Shown here piece by piece: positions 1-9,816 of a DNA stretch of 64,000 nt. The stretch covers positions 440 through 64,439 of the forward strand of contig JABAAH010000012.1 in the NCBI GenBank assembly GCA_014238855.1, in the 5' to 3' direction. How positions within the stretch are numbered: the first letter of the stretch is position 1; every line of letters starts with the position of its first letter. The notes beneath the pieces are model-generated. The model had not been told where the DNA came from and searched no databases. It worked only from the letters and a program-made list of their open reading frames with translations. This DNA is from Planctomycetota bacterium. GTDB taxonomy: Bacteria; Planctomycetota; Planctomycetia; Pirellulales; UBA1268. A program made the translations under genes and the position numbers.

Positions 1-1
1 T

Positions 2-1336
2 GGTCGGGTGGCTTTTTATGACACCGGATCATTGCAATTGAAAAGCTCGGTCGAAGCCGGGGCGTTGCCTGATATGGTGACGTTTACGTCTGATGGGCAG
101 TGGGTTCTTGTAGCAAATGAGGGTGAGCCAAATGAGGATTACACCATCGACCCCGAAGGTACGGTTACGGTTGTCGATGTTCGTGATGGTTTTGACCAGC
201 TAAACACACGGACGGTGACATTTCGGGATTGGAATGCCGACGGAAAACACGCGAAGCAACTTCCAGAACTGAAAAAACGTGGGCTTCGTATTTTTGGGCA
301 GGTGTCTCAATCAGGTGATCTCAAACAGAAAACACCAGCCACGTTTGCACAAGATGCTGAGCCTGAGTGGATAGCCGTCGATCATGAGAGTCATTTTGCA
401 TATGTCTGCCTGCAGGAAGTGAATGCAGTTGCAGAAATTGACATAGCCAAAGCAACAGTTTCTCGCATTATACCTCTGGGGTATAAAAACTTTGGTGAAG
501 CTGACAGTGGAATTGATGCGAGTGACAAAGATGACCGCATCGACATACACCCTCGTTCAGGACTCTTTGGCATCTTGCAGCCTGATACAGTTCGAATCTA
601 TCAGCAGAATGGCAGGCGTCTGCTGGTAACAGCCAATGAAGGTGATTCACGTGTTCGTCCAACGTCAGACGATACAGTTCCAGGGCTTGAAGAGGGTGTC
701 ATCTTTCAAGATGAGGCAAGCCTTGAAGATTGGCCTACCGTGGGGACTCCGTTTGAGAAACAGACCGCTGATACAGAACTTGGCAGGCTCAAGCTTGTAC
801 GAGATTTGGTTGATGATCATCTTGATGAGAAGGGTCGGCCGACTCGACTTTTTGCGTTCGGTGGTCGATCATTTTCAATACTCGATCTCACAACAGGTGA
901 CCTTGTCTTTGATAGCGGTGATGACTTTGAACAGATAACGGCTCAGCATTATCCAGATTTTTTTAACGTGAGTAACGACTCATTAAAAAAAGAGAAGCGA
1001 AGCCGAAGTAAAGGACCAGAGCCAGAAGGACTCGTTCTGGGCACGGTCGGACAGAAGACGTATGCATTTGTTGGTCTTGAGCGAATTGGTGGCATCATGG
1101 TGTATGACATTACGCGGCCAGAGTCGTCCAAACATGTGGGCTATTTTAATAATCGACGGTTTGATGTACCTGCTACCCTCGGTGATGGAACAGCAAATCC
1201 AGAAGCCGGTGACAGCGGGATTGAAGGATTGATTTTTGTGCCAGCAGAAAAATCATCAACGTCAACAAATCTTGTTGTTGTTGGCAACGAGACGAGCGGA
1301 ACAACAACGGTCTGGGAAGTTGTGACAAGTCAGTGA
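2..1336 (+). CDS. Choice-of-anchor I domain / alkaline-phosphatase-associated beta-propeller protein (5' truncated by window edge)
   Basis: Motifs GALPDMVTFT..G..VLVANEGEP, EPEWIAV, LQE.NAVA, TANEGDSR, FGGRSFSI, RS.SKGPEPEG, GLERIGGIMVYD, GNETSGTT. The frame is open from position 2. Confidence 0.8.
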   Translation, partial: GRVAFYDTGSLQLKSSVEAGALPDMVTFTSDGQWVLVANEGEPNEDYTIDPEGTVTVVDVRDGFDQLNTRTVTFRDWNADGKHAKQLPELKKRGLRIFGQVSQSGDLKQKTPATFAQDAEPEWIAVDHESHFAYVCLQEVNAVAEIDIAKATVSRIIPLGYKNFGEADSGIDASDKDDRIDIHPRSGLFGILQPDTVRIYQQNGRRLLVTANEGDSRVRPTSDDTVPGLEEGVIFQDEASLEDWPTVGTPFEKQTADTELGRLKLVRDLVDDHLDEKGRPTRLFAFGGRSFSILDLTTGDLVFDSGDDFEQITAQHYPDFFNVSNDSLKKEKRSRSKGPEPEGLVLGTVGQKTYAFVGLERIGGIMVYDITRPESSKHVGYFNNRRFDVPATLGDGTANPEAGDSGIEGLIFVPAEKSSTSTNLVVVGNETSGTTTVWEVVTSQ

Positions 1337-1562
1337 GCGTGATGCGTCCCACGCAGATACATTTTCTACAGGTGTGTAGGAAATGGTCTAACAAAACGTG
1401 CAGAAATCAGGCATTCGGAGCACGTCATGGCACGAAATGCTGTTTTGCAAAAGAAATGACGATATAGTTAAGTAGGTATCCGCCGATCGACCATTGCAGG
1501 TCCGCACCAGAACATTGTGTAGTTATCTGGTGGCGAAGCGGTTGTTTCCATGGAGTGATCCT

Positions 1563-4040
1563 GTGGTTCACAACTTTGCAGGCTGGTGGTCGGTAGTCCC
1601 CAGTCGTTCCATCTTTGTTGGGTTTATACTTTCGTTGATTGCGTGGTCTTCGCTCTCGGCAGTACCAGCGATTTCGGCCGATCCGCTTTCATTTACCTGT
1701 GACATCAAAGGTCTTCTTTCGAATCGCTGTATCCGATGCCATGGTCCAGATGCCGAGGCTCGTCACGGTGGCGGTGAAGATGGGTTGCGGCTCGATACAT
1801 TTGATGGTGCAACTGAAGACCTTCGTGGGTATGCAGCGATTGTGCCTGGAGATGCTGACAAGAGTGAATTAATCATTCGTGTTACAGCAAAAGATACTGA
1901 TCTTGTTATGCCTCCGCCAGAAGCCGGCGAGACGCTCTCTGCTGATGAAGTGACATTACTTCGACGATGGATCAATGGTGGTGCAGAGTACGAACCACAT
2001 TGGTCATACACTCGCATCAGTCGTCCGATGATTCCAATGGTCTCTGATCTGTCTTGGCCGCGAAATCAAATCGATCGGTTCATCCTTGCAAAGCTTGAAG
2101 CAGAAGATCTTGAACCAAGCCAAGAAGCTGACCGAATGACGCTGTCTCGTCGACTTGCTCTTGATTTAACTGGTCTGCCGATAGCTCCGGAGCAAGTCGA
2201 TAAATTTGTGGCAGATGTATCCACGGATGCATTTAAAAAGTTTGTTGATACGTTGCTTTCTCATCCGGGTTACGGTGAGCATATGGCTCGCAGCTGGCTT
2301 GACCTTGCTCGGTATGCTGACAGCGCTGGGTATGCAGATGACCCACCACGGACAATATGGCCCTACCGAGATTGGGTTATTCGTGCTTTTGATACAAACA
2401 TGCCCTTCGATGATTTTACAGTTAAACAATTAGCAGGAGACCTCCTGCTAGATACGTTACCTGACAACCAGATTGCCACCGCCTTTCACAGAAATACGTT
2501 GACAAATAATGAGGGTGGAACAATTGATGAAGAATTCCGTTCAGTAGCTGTCGTCGATAGAGTGAATACGACACTGAGTACATGGATGGGCACGACAATC
2601 GCCTGTGCACAATGTCATGATCACAAATATGATCCTCTTTCTCAACAAGATTTTTTTGGTCTCTATGCAATTTTTAATAATACCGCTGATGCGGATCGAA
2701 AAGACGAATCTCCACTTGTTTCGATACCGTGGGAGCCAGTGGATGCCAAACGTAGGCCATTGGAAAAAGAGTTAGCTGCCATACTTAAGGCGGTGCCTGA
2801 GATGAAGAAGATCACTCCTAAAAAGCAAGTTCAACCACGAGGAGAGCCACCAGAGTTACGACCACTTCGCAAACATGTAGACGCACTGCGAAGAAGAATT
2901 GCCGGCGTGAAAGCAGTGACGGTGCCTGTTATGGAAGAGCTTCAGGATGATAAGCGGCGGGTAACGAAATTACAGTATCGAGGTAACTGGCAAGACCTCG
3001 GTCCAGTCATCGAAGAGCATATCCCTGCTGTTTTTCGACAACCAGAACTTGCTGATGGGCAAAGAGTTGGTCGCCTTAAGCTGGCAGAATGGCTCGTCGA
3101 TCAAGAAAATCCACTCACAGCTCGGGTGATTGTGAATCGATTGTGGGAACAGATTTTTGGCATCGGCATTGTGTCAACAAGTGAAGAGTTTGGGAGTCAA
3201 GGTGAATTACCAAGCCATCCAGAACTGCTTGATTGGCTGGCATGCGAATTCATTGATAGTGGTTGGGATATTCAAGCAATACAACGATTGATCGTTACAA
3301 GCGCTACCTACAGGCAGTCATCGAAGCCAACTCCGGAACTGCTGGAGCACGATCCAGAAAATCGTCTGCTTGCTTGTGGTCCTCGCGTTAGGCTTTCAGC
3401 TGAAGTGATACGCGATCAGGCGCTTGCAGCAGCAGGACTACTTTCTTTGAAGAAAGGAGGCCCTAGTGTCCATCCACCTCAGCCAGATCTGGGGTTAAAA
3501 GCAGCATTTGGAGCCGGTATTGATTGGAAGACGAGTGCGGGTGAAGACCGGTATCGGCGCGCAATTTACACAACATGGCGGCGGAGTAATCCATACCCTT
3601 CAATGGCTACCTTCGATGCACCCAATCGTGAAGTCTGTACGATCCGTCGGCCTCGAACGAATACACCACTACAAGCACTTGTCACGTTAAATGACCCAGT
3701 TTTTGTTGAAGCTGCACAGGCTCTTGCAAGGCGTATCATTCTTGAAAGTGAGGCAAATGCAGAAGCTCAAGCCACTCGAGGTTTTCGTTTGGTTTTGACA
3801 CGAGAACCACGTCCAAATGAAGTAGAGCGTTTAGTCAAACTCTATGAGGAGACGCATACTCAGTACATGACACAACCCGGTGCCGCGATGGCCATGGCAA
3901 CGAAACCACGAGGCCTACTGCCAGAAGAGATTCTGAAGCATTTTGATGGGAATATGAATGAAGCTCATATACATCTGGCCGCATGGACAGTTGTAGGAAA
4001 TGTATTATTGAATCTTGATGAGACATTTATGTGTCCTTAG
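1563..4040 (+). CDS. Planctomycete cytochrome c (PSCyt1) + DUF1549 + DUF1553 (PSD1) domain protein
   Basis: CxxCH motifs (CIRCH, CAQCHDHKYDP), WLDLARYADS, ARVIVNRLW, HPELLDWLA, RTNTPLQALVTLND. The ORF track starts at 1494; GTG 1563 follows a GGAG RBS. Confidence 0.9.
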   Translation: MVHNFAGWWSVVPSRSIFVGFILSLIAWSSLSAVPAISADPLSFTCDIKGLLSNRCIRCHGPDAEARHGGGEDGLRLDTFDGATEDLRGYAAIVPGDADKSELIIRVTAKDTDLVMPPPEAGETLSADEVTLLRRWINGGAEYEPHWSYTRISRPMIPMVSDLSWPRNQIDRFILAKLEAEDLEPSQEADRMTLSRRLALDLTGLPIAPEQVDKFVADVSTDAFKKFVDTLLSHPGYGEHMARSWLDLARYADSAGYADDPPRTIWPYRDWVIRAFDTNMPFDDFTVKQLAGDLLLDTLPDNQIATAFHRNTLTNNEGGTIDEEFRSVAVVDRVNTTLSTWMGTTIACAQCHDHKYDPLSQQDFFGLYAIFNNTADADRKDESPLVSIPWEPVDAKRRPLEKELAAILKAVPEMKKITPKKQVQPRGEPPELRPLRKHVDALRRRIAGVKAVTVPVMEELQDDKRRVTKLQYRGNWQDLGPVIEEHIPAVFRQPELADGQRVGRLKLAEWLVDQENPLTARVIVNRLWEQIFGIGIVSTSEEFGSQGELPSHPELLDWLACEFIDSGWDIQAIQRLIVTSATYRQSSKPTPELLEHDPENRLLACGPRVRLSAEVIRDQALAAAGLLSLKKGGPSVHPPQPDLGLKAAFGAGIDWKTSAGEDRYRRAIYTTWRRSNPYPSMATFDAPNREVCTIRRPRTNTPLQALVTLNDPVFVEAAQALARRIILESEANAEAQATRGFRLVLTREPRPNEVERLVKLYEETHTQYMTQPGAAMAMATKPRGLLPEEILKHFDGNMNEAHIHLAAWTVVGNVLLNLDETFMCP

Positions 4041-4050
4041 GAAGATAGCG

Positions 4051-5508
4051 ATGAATCCATGTGTTGAACACAAACTGCTTGCCACTCGTCGTCATCTTTT
4101 AGGAAGTATGGCTGGTGGCATTGGTGCAGCCGCACTTACTGATTTGTTATGGAGTGGTGCACATGCAGCGTCGCCGATACCTTCTATTTCCGATCCGCTT
4201 GCAATACGTCCCCCTCACTTTGCACCGCGTGCAAAACGGATGATTGTGATTCATCTCACGGGCTCTCCACCACATCTTGATATGTATGACCACAAGCCAC
4301 AGTTGGTTAAAAGAGATGGTGAGGAGTGTCCAGCAGAGACAATAGCAGGAAAAAAGTTTGCATTTACGAGTGGAACGCCAAAATTACTAGGCACACGAAG
4401 AAAATGGAAACGGTGTGGTCAGAGCGGCATGGAACTCTCAGATGCGATACCAAATTTACATCGTGTGGCGGACAAACTATGTCTCGTGAAAAGCATGCAC
4501 ACTGATCAGTTTAATCATGCACCAGCCGAATTAATGGTCTACACAGGGAGTCCACGAGCGGGTCGCCCGAGCCTTGGAAGTTGGGTTACGTACGGTCTCG
4601 GTAGTGAGAATGCAAACCTACCCGGTTTTGTTGTCTTGATATCTTCAGGTGTTCAGCCCAATGGTGGTACAAGTAGCTTTGGGTCAGGTTTTCTGCCAAG
4701 TGTGTACCAAGGAGTTCAGTGCCGATCAAAAGGTGACCCGGTACTGTATGTATCAAACCCAGAGGGTATGGATCGGAAGTTACGTCGAAAAAGTCTTGAT
4801 GCCCTGAACGATTTGAATCAGATGCAGGCTCAGGAACTTGGAAACCCTGAAACTCTCACCCGGATTGCACAATATGAATTGGCATATCGTATGCAAACAA
4901 GTGTGCCTGCGGTCATGGATATTTCACAAGAACCGAAGCATATTATTGATGCCTACGGTGCAGAGCCCGGTGGATCAAGTCTTGCCAACAACTGTCTTTT
5001 GGCAAGACGACTTGTTGAGGAAGGCGTACGATTTGTACATTTATTTGATTGGGGATGGGACTTTCATGGAACGAACCCGCAGCAAGATATTCGGGATGGA
5101 TTGACCAAAAAAGGTGCAACCTTTGATAAACCAGCCGCTGCTCTTATAGAAGATCTTGATCAAAGGGGTTTATTGGACGACACACTCGTTCTCTGTACTG
5201 GTGAGTTTGGTCGAACACCATTTCGTGAGGGGCGAACGTCTGGTGGTGGTGTGCTGGGACGGGACCACTATCCCGATTGCTATTCGATATGGATGGCAGG
5301 TGGTGGCGTCAAAGGAGGACTCACGTATGGGGCCAGTGATGAACTTGGTTTTCAAGTTGCTGAAAATCCAGTTCATATTCATGATCTGCAAGCTACGATT
5401 CTCTATCAACTTGGGTTTGATCACACAAAACTGACCCATCGTTTTCAGGGTCGTGATTTTCGGCTCACAGATGTATACGGTGAAGTTGTTCGGGAGCTAC
5501 TATCGTAA
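4051..5508 (+). CDS. DUF1501 domain protein (Tat-type signal), partner of upstream PSD1 protein
   Basis: TRRHLL twin-arginine-like signal, PRAKRMI, GRPSLGSWVTYGLGSEN.NLPGFVVL, YELAYRMQ, CLLARRLVE.GVRFV, GEFGRTP, GRDH. ATG at 4051 is 10 nt after the upstream stop. Confidence 0.9.
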   Translation: MNPCVEHKLLATRRHLLGSMAGGIGAAALTDLLWSGAHAASPIPSISDPLAIRPPHFAPRAKRMIVIHLTGSPPHLDMYDHKPQLVKRDGEECPAETIAGKKFAFTSGTPKLLGTRRKWKRCGQSGMELSDAIPNLHRVADKLCLVKSMHTDQFNHAPAELMVYTGSPRAGRPSLGSWVTYGLGSENANLPGFVVLISSGVQPNGGTSSFGSGFLPSVYQGVQCRSKGDPVLYVSNPEGMDRKLRRKSLDALNDLNQMQAQELGNPETLTRIAQYELAYRMQTSVPAVMDISQEPKHIIDAYGAEPGGSSLANNCLLARRLVEEGVRFVHLFDWGWDFHGTNPQQDIRDGLTKKGATFDKPAAALIEDLDQRGLLDDTLVLCTGEFGRTPFREGRTSGGGVLGRDHYPDCYSIWMAGGGVKGGLTYGASDELGFQVAENPVHIHDLQATILYQLGFDHTKLTHRFQGRDFRLTDVYGEVVRELLS

Positions 5509-5732
5509 TACCGTTGTATTTCAGCGGATTTCATAAAATCCGATAGTCACATCTTTGATTTTGAATACGATACAAAGAATAGGTATCGTGCATGCCTTTC
5601 CGGTTATATTTTCTGTAGCCAACGGCCGGTTATGCCATGAAGAAATAAAAACATCAGCTCGTAACCAAAGTTGATGGATAGCAGGTATGGTGAATGCATC
5701 GTCCATAATCTATATATAAATCAGGAGTGCCA

Positions 5733-7097
5733 ATGACTGCGGTGACTATTGTCTGGTTTCGGCATGATCTTCGGTTAGATGACAACCCAGCTTTTATCGA
5801 GGCATGCCGCCGCGGCAGTGTTCTCCCGGTCTTCATCTGGGCTCCAGAAGAAGAGGCTCCGTGGGAGCCAGGATCAGCTTCCCGTTGGTGGCTTCATCAA
5901 TCGCTAGAGAAACTTTCAGAGAAACTCGCGCAGGTAGGCTGTCCTCTTGTGATTCGTCGAGGCCCGACACTAAGGGCTCTTCAGCAGCTGGTGCAAGAGG
6001 TTCATGCAACGCATGTTGTCTGGAACCGACGATACGAACCTGCTGTTATTGAGCGTGATACCACGATCAAGAAAACGCTTTCTAAAGACGGCCTTCATGC
6101 TGAGAGTTTTGGTGGCAGCCTTCTGTGTGAGCCAGCACATATTGCAACAAAGCAAGGTAATCCGTATCAGGTTTTCACACCTTTCTGGAGAGCGCTACTC
6201 GCGCGAGATGAGCCGGCTGAACCAATTGCTGCACCAAGAAAAGTGAAGCCCGTTGCTATGAAAAGTGTGAAGACGCTGTCACTGGATGCATTAAATCTTC
6301 TTCCAGAACACGATTGGTCTGAAGTTATGAACACGTCGTGGAGTCCAGGTGAAGCAGGTGGAAAAAAACTTCTGAAGTCTTTTCTTAATAAAGGACTCGA
6401 TTCGTATGACGATGGGCGAAATCGCCCCGATCAACAAGGGACCAGCAGTCTTTCACCGCATTTGCACTTTGGTGAAATTTCACCACGACGGGTCTGGCAC
6501 GCTGTGCGAGAGGCCACCGGAGGGAAGCCAGCGAAAAGTATAGTTGGCAGTCCTGAAGTGTATCTTCGAGAAATTGGTTGGCGCGAGTTTGCAAACCATC
6601 TTCTGTATCACTTTCCTCACACGCCAAATGAACCACTACGCAAAGACTATAACCGTTTTCCGTGGGTGGATGATCCTGTTGGTCTTCGGGCTTGGCAGAA
6701 AGGGCGTACAGGATTTCCTATCGTTGACGCGGGGATGCAACAACTATGGAGGACAGGGTGGATGCATAATCGTGTGAGAATGATTGTTGCGAGTTTTCTT
6801 GTAAAGGATTTACGGATTACATGGCTTGAAGGTGCACGTTGGTTTTGGGATACGCTTGTCGATGCAGACCTTGCTGCGAACACGCTTGGCTGGCAATGGG
6901 CTGCTGGGTGTGGGGCAGATGCAGCTCCGTATTTTCGAATTTTTAATCCAACGAGCCAACAGCAGAAGTTTGACCCTCAGGAAGAATATATAAATCACTG
7001 GGTTGTTCGGGATGACACGTACCCAGAACCGATCGTCGACCATGCAGAAGCCCGCAAACAGGCACTGAGTGCGCTGAAGCAGGTTACTGGAAAGTAG
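5733..7097 (+). CDS. phrB: Deoxyribodipyrimidine (CPD) photolyase, class I/III-like
   Basis: WFRHDLRLDDNPA, SRWWLHQSL, TS.LSPHLHFGEISPR, GRTGFPIVDAGM, GWMHNRVRMIVASFL, GWQWAAGCGADAAPYFRIFNP. AGGAG RBS at 5723-5727 precedes ATG 5733. Confidence 0.92.
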   Translation: MTAVTIVWFRHDLRLDDNPAFIEACRRGSVLPVFIWAPEEEAPWEPGSASRWWLHQSLEKLSEKLAQVGCPLVIRRGPTLRALQQLVQEVHATHVVWNRRYEPAVIERDTTIKKTLSKDGLHAESFGGSLLCEPAHIATKQGNPYQVFTPFWRALLARDEPAEPIAAPRKVKPVAMKSVKTLSLDALNLLPEHDWSEVMNTSWSPGEAGGKKLLKSFLNKGLDSYDDGRNRPDQQGTSSLSPHLHFGEISPRRVWHAVREATGGKPAKSIVGSPEVYLREIGWREFANHLLYHFPHTPNEPLRKDYNRFPWVDDPVGLRAWQKGRTGFPIVDAGMQQLWRTGWMHNRVRMIVASFLVKDLRITWLEGARWFWDTLVDADLAANTLGWQWAAGCGADAAPYFRIFNPTSQQQKFDPQEEYINHWVVRDDTYPEPIVDHAEARKQALSALKQVTGK

Positions 7098-7182
7098 GCC
7101 AGTAAATCTTTCCATCATTGCGACGTAACAAAACTTCTGCAAAGACAAATAAAGAGTCATGAGAATGTTCAGTATTTGTCCT

Positions 7183-7208
7183 AAGCATGCGTATGGAGCA
7201 TGTTTTTT
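7183..7208 (+). terminator. Possible intrinsic terminator after photolyase
   Basis: AAGCATGC-gtatgga-GCATGTTT followed by a T run. Confidence 0.35.
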
Positions 7209-7312
7209 GAAGTAAATGCTTGCTTCTGAGCGAGTTGTAGGTTGAGGCTACTCAACGTCGTTCAAGGCATTCTTCTCTATCTGAACACCACTGAGTTGTC
7301 GGTAAACCCACT

Positions 7313-8383
7313 ATGAAAAGTGATTACAAGATGCACTATTCAGAAAATACATTGGTTAGTTTCGAAGTACTCGAACCAAAACTACCACTAACCGGTAGTC
7401 CCGGAATTTCACGAGGAGATATCACAGCGACTGAGGTCGTGATGATCAATAAAGATGTTGTTGGTCCAGCGCCAATAACGTTTGAAAAAGCTGACTTTTT
7501 TAATAACAATATCCCTAGTTTTATTGTTGCTCATGTTGCTCATGTTGCTCATGTTGCTCATGGTGTTGTTGAGAAGTATGACGAGGTAACAGATTCCTGG
7601 AAAAATATTTCAGCTGTTCCTACCACGTCACACCCGCGCGAACTAATAAGGCTTATGAAGTTAAGACTTATCGAAGCTGATGATGAGATCCGTTGGCGAA
7701 CGGAAAGCTTTCATGACATGCGAGAGGCTTTCACGGTTATTGGGTGGAACAACGGCGACGAAGTTGTTGAGGAAGCTCCCAATTATCAAGGGACGAATGA
7801 AGAAGAGTGGCCGAATTATGTTCCCGACCCAAAGCTAGGTTTTGGACAGCTTAATAATCTTGTTGTGCAACTAGCTAACAGTACGACTAACTTTGGCAGC
7901 AGCTTTGATCCTGCGTGGCTTTCATCGTTACCATCTGGTTCAAAAGTTGAACCAACATATTTTTATCCAGTCACAACAATTAATGGGCAGACGCTCCCCT
8001 GTGAAATGAAGCCTTTGCAGAATGTTATAGATCTGGTGCCATCAGGCTATATTGATTCCTTCGGGAGAGAAGTGGTTATCCATAGAGGTATTCGAGAAGC
8101 TGGAACACGAGTAGGTATTCATATTCACGAATATGGTGGATACACACTCGTTCTCTCTGGAACGATCACAGATTATGTTGAAGGAATGGACCCCATGGTC
8201 CACGGGCCTGGTGATTGGTACTACATGCCTCCGAACACTCCGATGTCGGCGGCAAACAATGATGAGTCTGAAGACGCAGAACTCATTGATATTTTCATTG
8301 TTCCACCGGGACAACCAGAGATTACGATTATCGAACCGGGTTGGCCGACTTCTGATGCTGATGGTGTGTCGGACGATCAGTAA
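7313..8383 (+). CDS. Hypothetical protein with C-terminal cupin domain and N-terminal LEPRxLL-like motif
   Basis: Cupin motifs RVGIHIHEYGGYTLVLSG and HGPGDWYYMPPNTPM. The N-terminal FEVLEPKLPLTG resembles the planctomycete LE.LEPR.LL motif. Confidence 0.65.
   Translation: MKSDYKMHYSENTLVSFEVLEPKLPLTGSPGISRGDITATEVVMINKDVVGPAPITFEKADFFNNNIPSFIVAHVAHVAHVAHGVVEKYDEVTDSWKNISAVPTTSHPRELIRLMKLRLIEADDEIRWRTESFHDMREAFTVIGWNNGDEVVEEAPNYQGTNEEEWPNYVPDPKLGFGQLNNLVVQLANSTTNFGSSFDPAWLSSLPSGSKVEPTYFYPVTTINGQTLPCEMKPLQNVIDLVPSGYIDSFGREVVIHRGIREAGTRVGIHIHEYGGYTLVLSGTITDYVEGMDPMVHGPGDWYYMPPNTPMSAANNDESEDAELIDIFIVPPGQPEITIIEPGWPTSDADGVSDDQ
7526..7561 (+). repeat. In-frame 9-bp tandem repeat (GTTGCTCAT)x4 encoding (VAH)4
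   Basis: Four exact copies read directly from the sequence. Confidence 0.95.
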
Positions 8384-8599
8384 GGAAAATCTTGAATTTC
8401 TCTACATTGTAGAGAACCCATAAGCCTAAGGTTCTGGCATTTAATATCTACGCAGAGGTGCGTACTCGGACTCATTGGTGGGCGATATTGAACTCAATGA
8501 CACACAGAAAAATTAGGTATGATCGTAAAAATATGGAATGCTAATAGGTGTTTCTTTTTTGCTCTCATGCATCAAAATAATGGATGTTAAAAAGTGTGG

Positions 8600-8634
8600 T
8601 GAAACAACATGTATGAATTTCAATTGTTTCATAC
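8600..8634. promoter_or_regulatory. Overlapping inverted repeats, candidate operator upstream of TRAP operon
   Basis: TGAAACAA(8600-8607)...TTGTTTCA(8624-8631) and GTATGAA(8611-8617)...TTCATAC(8628-8634). Confidence 0.35.
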
Positions 8635-8659
8635 GATAGATACTCCGTAGAATACGACG

Positions 8660-9769
8660 ATGGTAAATAAAGACGCTGTAACGATACTGACACTTGTTCT
8701 AGGATTTATTTGTATCGGATGTGAACCGGTAGGAAGTAGCGATATTCGTAATAAAAATTCAACATCTGGCGTAAAAGTTGAATTAAAAGTTGCTGCATGT
8801 CAGCCCACGAATTTGCCTGGTCTCGGTGACGCTATTCTTGGTGTAGCAGATCGTGTTCGTGCAATGACTTCAGGTCGCGTTGAACTTGACGTACAAGAAC
8901 CAGGTGCCCTTGTACCGGCGCTTGAAGTACTCGATGCAGTTTCGAGCGGCACTATTGAAAGTGGGTTTGGACCAGCTGGCTTCTGGGCTGGCAAAATGCC
9001 TGCAGCACCTTTATTTAGTGCTATACCGTTTGGACCGGAGGCCGGTGAATATATTGCCTGGATGTATCATGGTGACGGACTTGAACTTGAGCAACGAATG
9101 TATTCTGAGGCCGGTTTCCAAGTTGTGTCCTTGCCGTGCGCATTGCTAGCAGCTGAAACGAGTGGCTGGTTTCGGAAGCCTGTTGATACGGTAGAAGATC
9201 TTCGTGGATTGAAGATGCGGTTTTACGGACTCGGTGGACAAGTCATGCAAGAACTCGGTGTTGCCGTCACTGTGATGCCGGGAGGAGAAATTTATCAAGC
9301 GCTCGAAAAAAATATTCTTGATGCAACAGAATTTTCTATGCCGGCAATAGATGAAAAGCTTGGGTTCTCTCGTGTTGCAAAATACAACTACTATCCAGGG
9401 TGGCATCAGCAAGCAACTCTTCTGGAATTACTCATTAATAAGAATACTTGGGATTCTTTATCAAAAGTTGATCAATCAATTATTTCGAATGCTTGTCAGG
9501 CAGCTATGCTCGATAGTTTTGCAAAATCAGAGGCAATTCAGGCAGACGCGATCCGTCGAAATACTGATGAGAGAGGTGTTGAGAATCGCGTATGGTCTCC
9601 AGAGATGCTCGATCTCTACGAAGAGACATGGCACGACGTGGTATCCCGCGAAGCAGCTCAGGATCCGTTTTTCAAAGAAGTCTGGGAGAATTTGCAGTCC
9701 TTTCGGAGCCATTACCGAGAATGGGGTGGCCGAGCTTTTCTTCCTCGTAAAAAAACATCAGCTCAGTAA
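8660..9769 (+). CDS. dctP: TRAP transporter substrate-binding protein (TakP/2-keto-acid-binding type), probable lipoprotein
   Basis: EPGALVPALEVLDAVSSG, LFSAIPFGP, GWFRK...VEDLRGLKMRF.GLGG, PGGEIYQALEK..LDATEFS.P..D..LGF, YYPGWHQ. Lipobox-like CIGC. Confidence 0.88.
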   Translation: MVNKDAVTILTLVLGFICIGCEPVGSSDIRNKNSTSGVKVELKVAACQPTNLPGLGDAILGVADRVRAMTSGRVELDVQEPGALVPALEVLDAVSSGTIESGFGPAGFWAGKMPAAPLFSAIPFGPEAGEYIAWMYHGDGLELEQRMYSEAGFQVVSLPCALLAAETSGWFRKPVDTVEDLRGLKMRFYGLGGQVMQELGVAVTVMPGGEIYQALEKNILDATEFSMPAIDEKLGFSRVAKYNYYPGWHQQATLLELLINKNTWDSLSKVDQSIISNACQAAMLDSFAKSEAIQADAIRRNTDERGVENRVWSPEMLDLYEETWHDVVSREAAQDPFFKEVWENLQSFRSHYREWGGRAFLPRKKTSAQ

Positions 9770-9816
9770 ATTTATGAGAGAACGAACATGATTGCAGGCT
9801 GTCCAGAGGATCGGAC

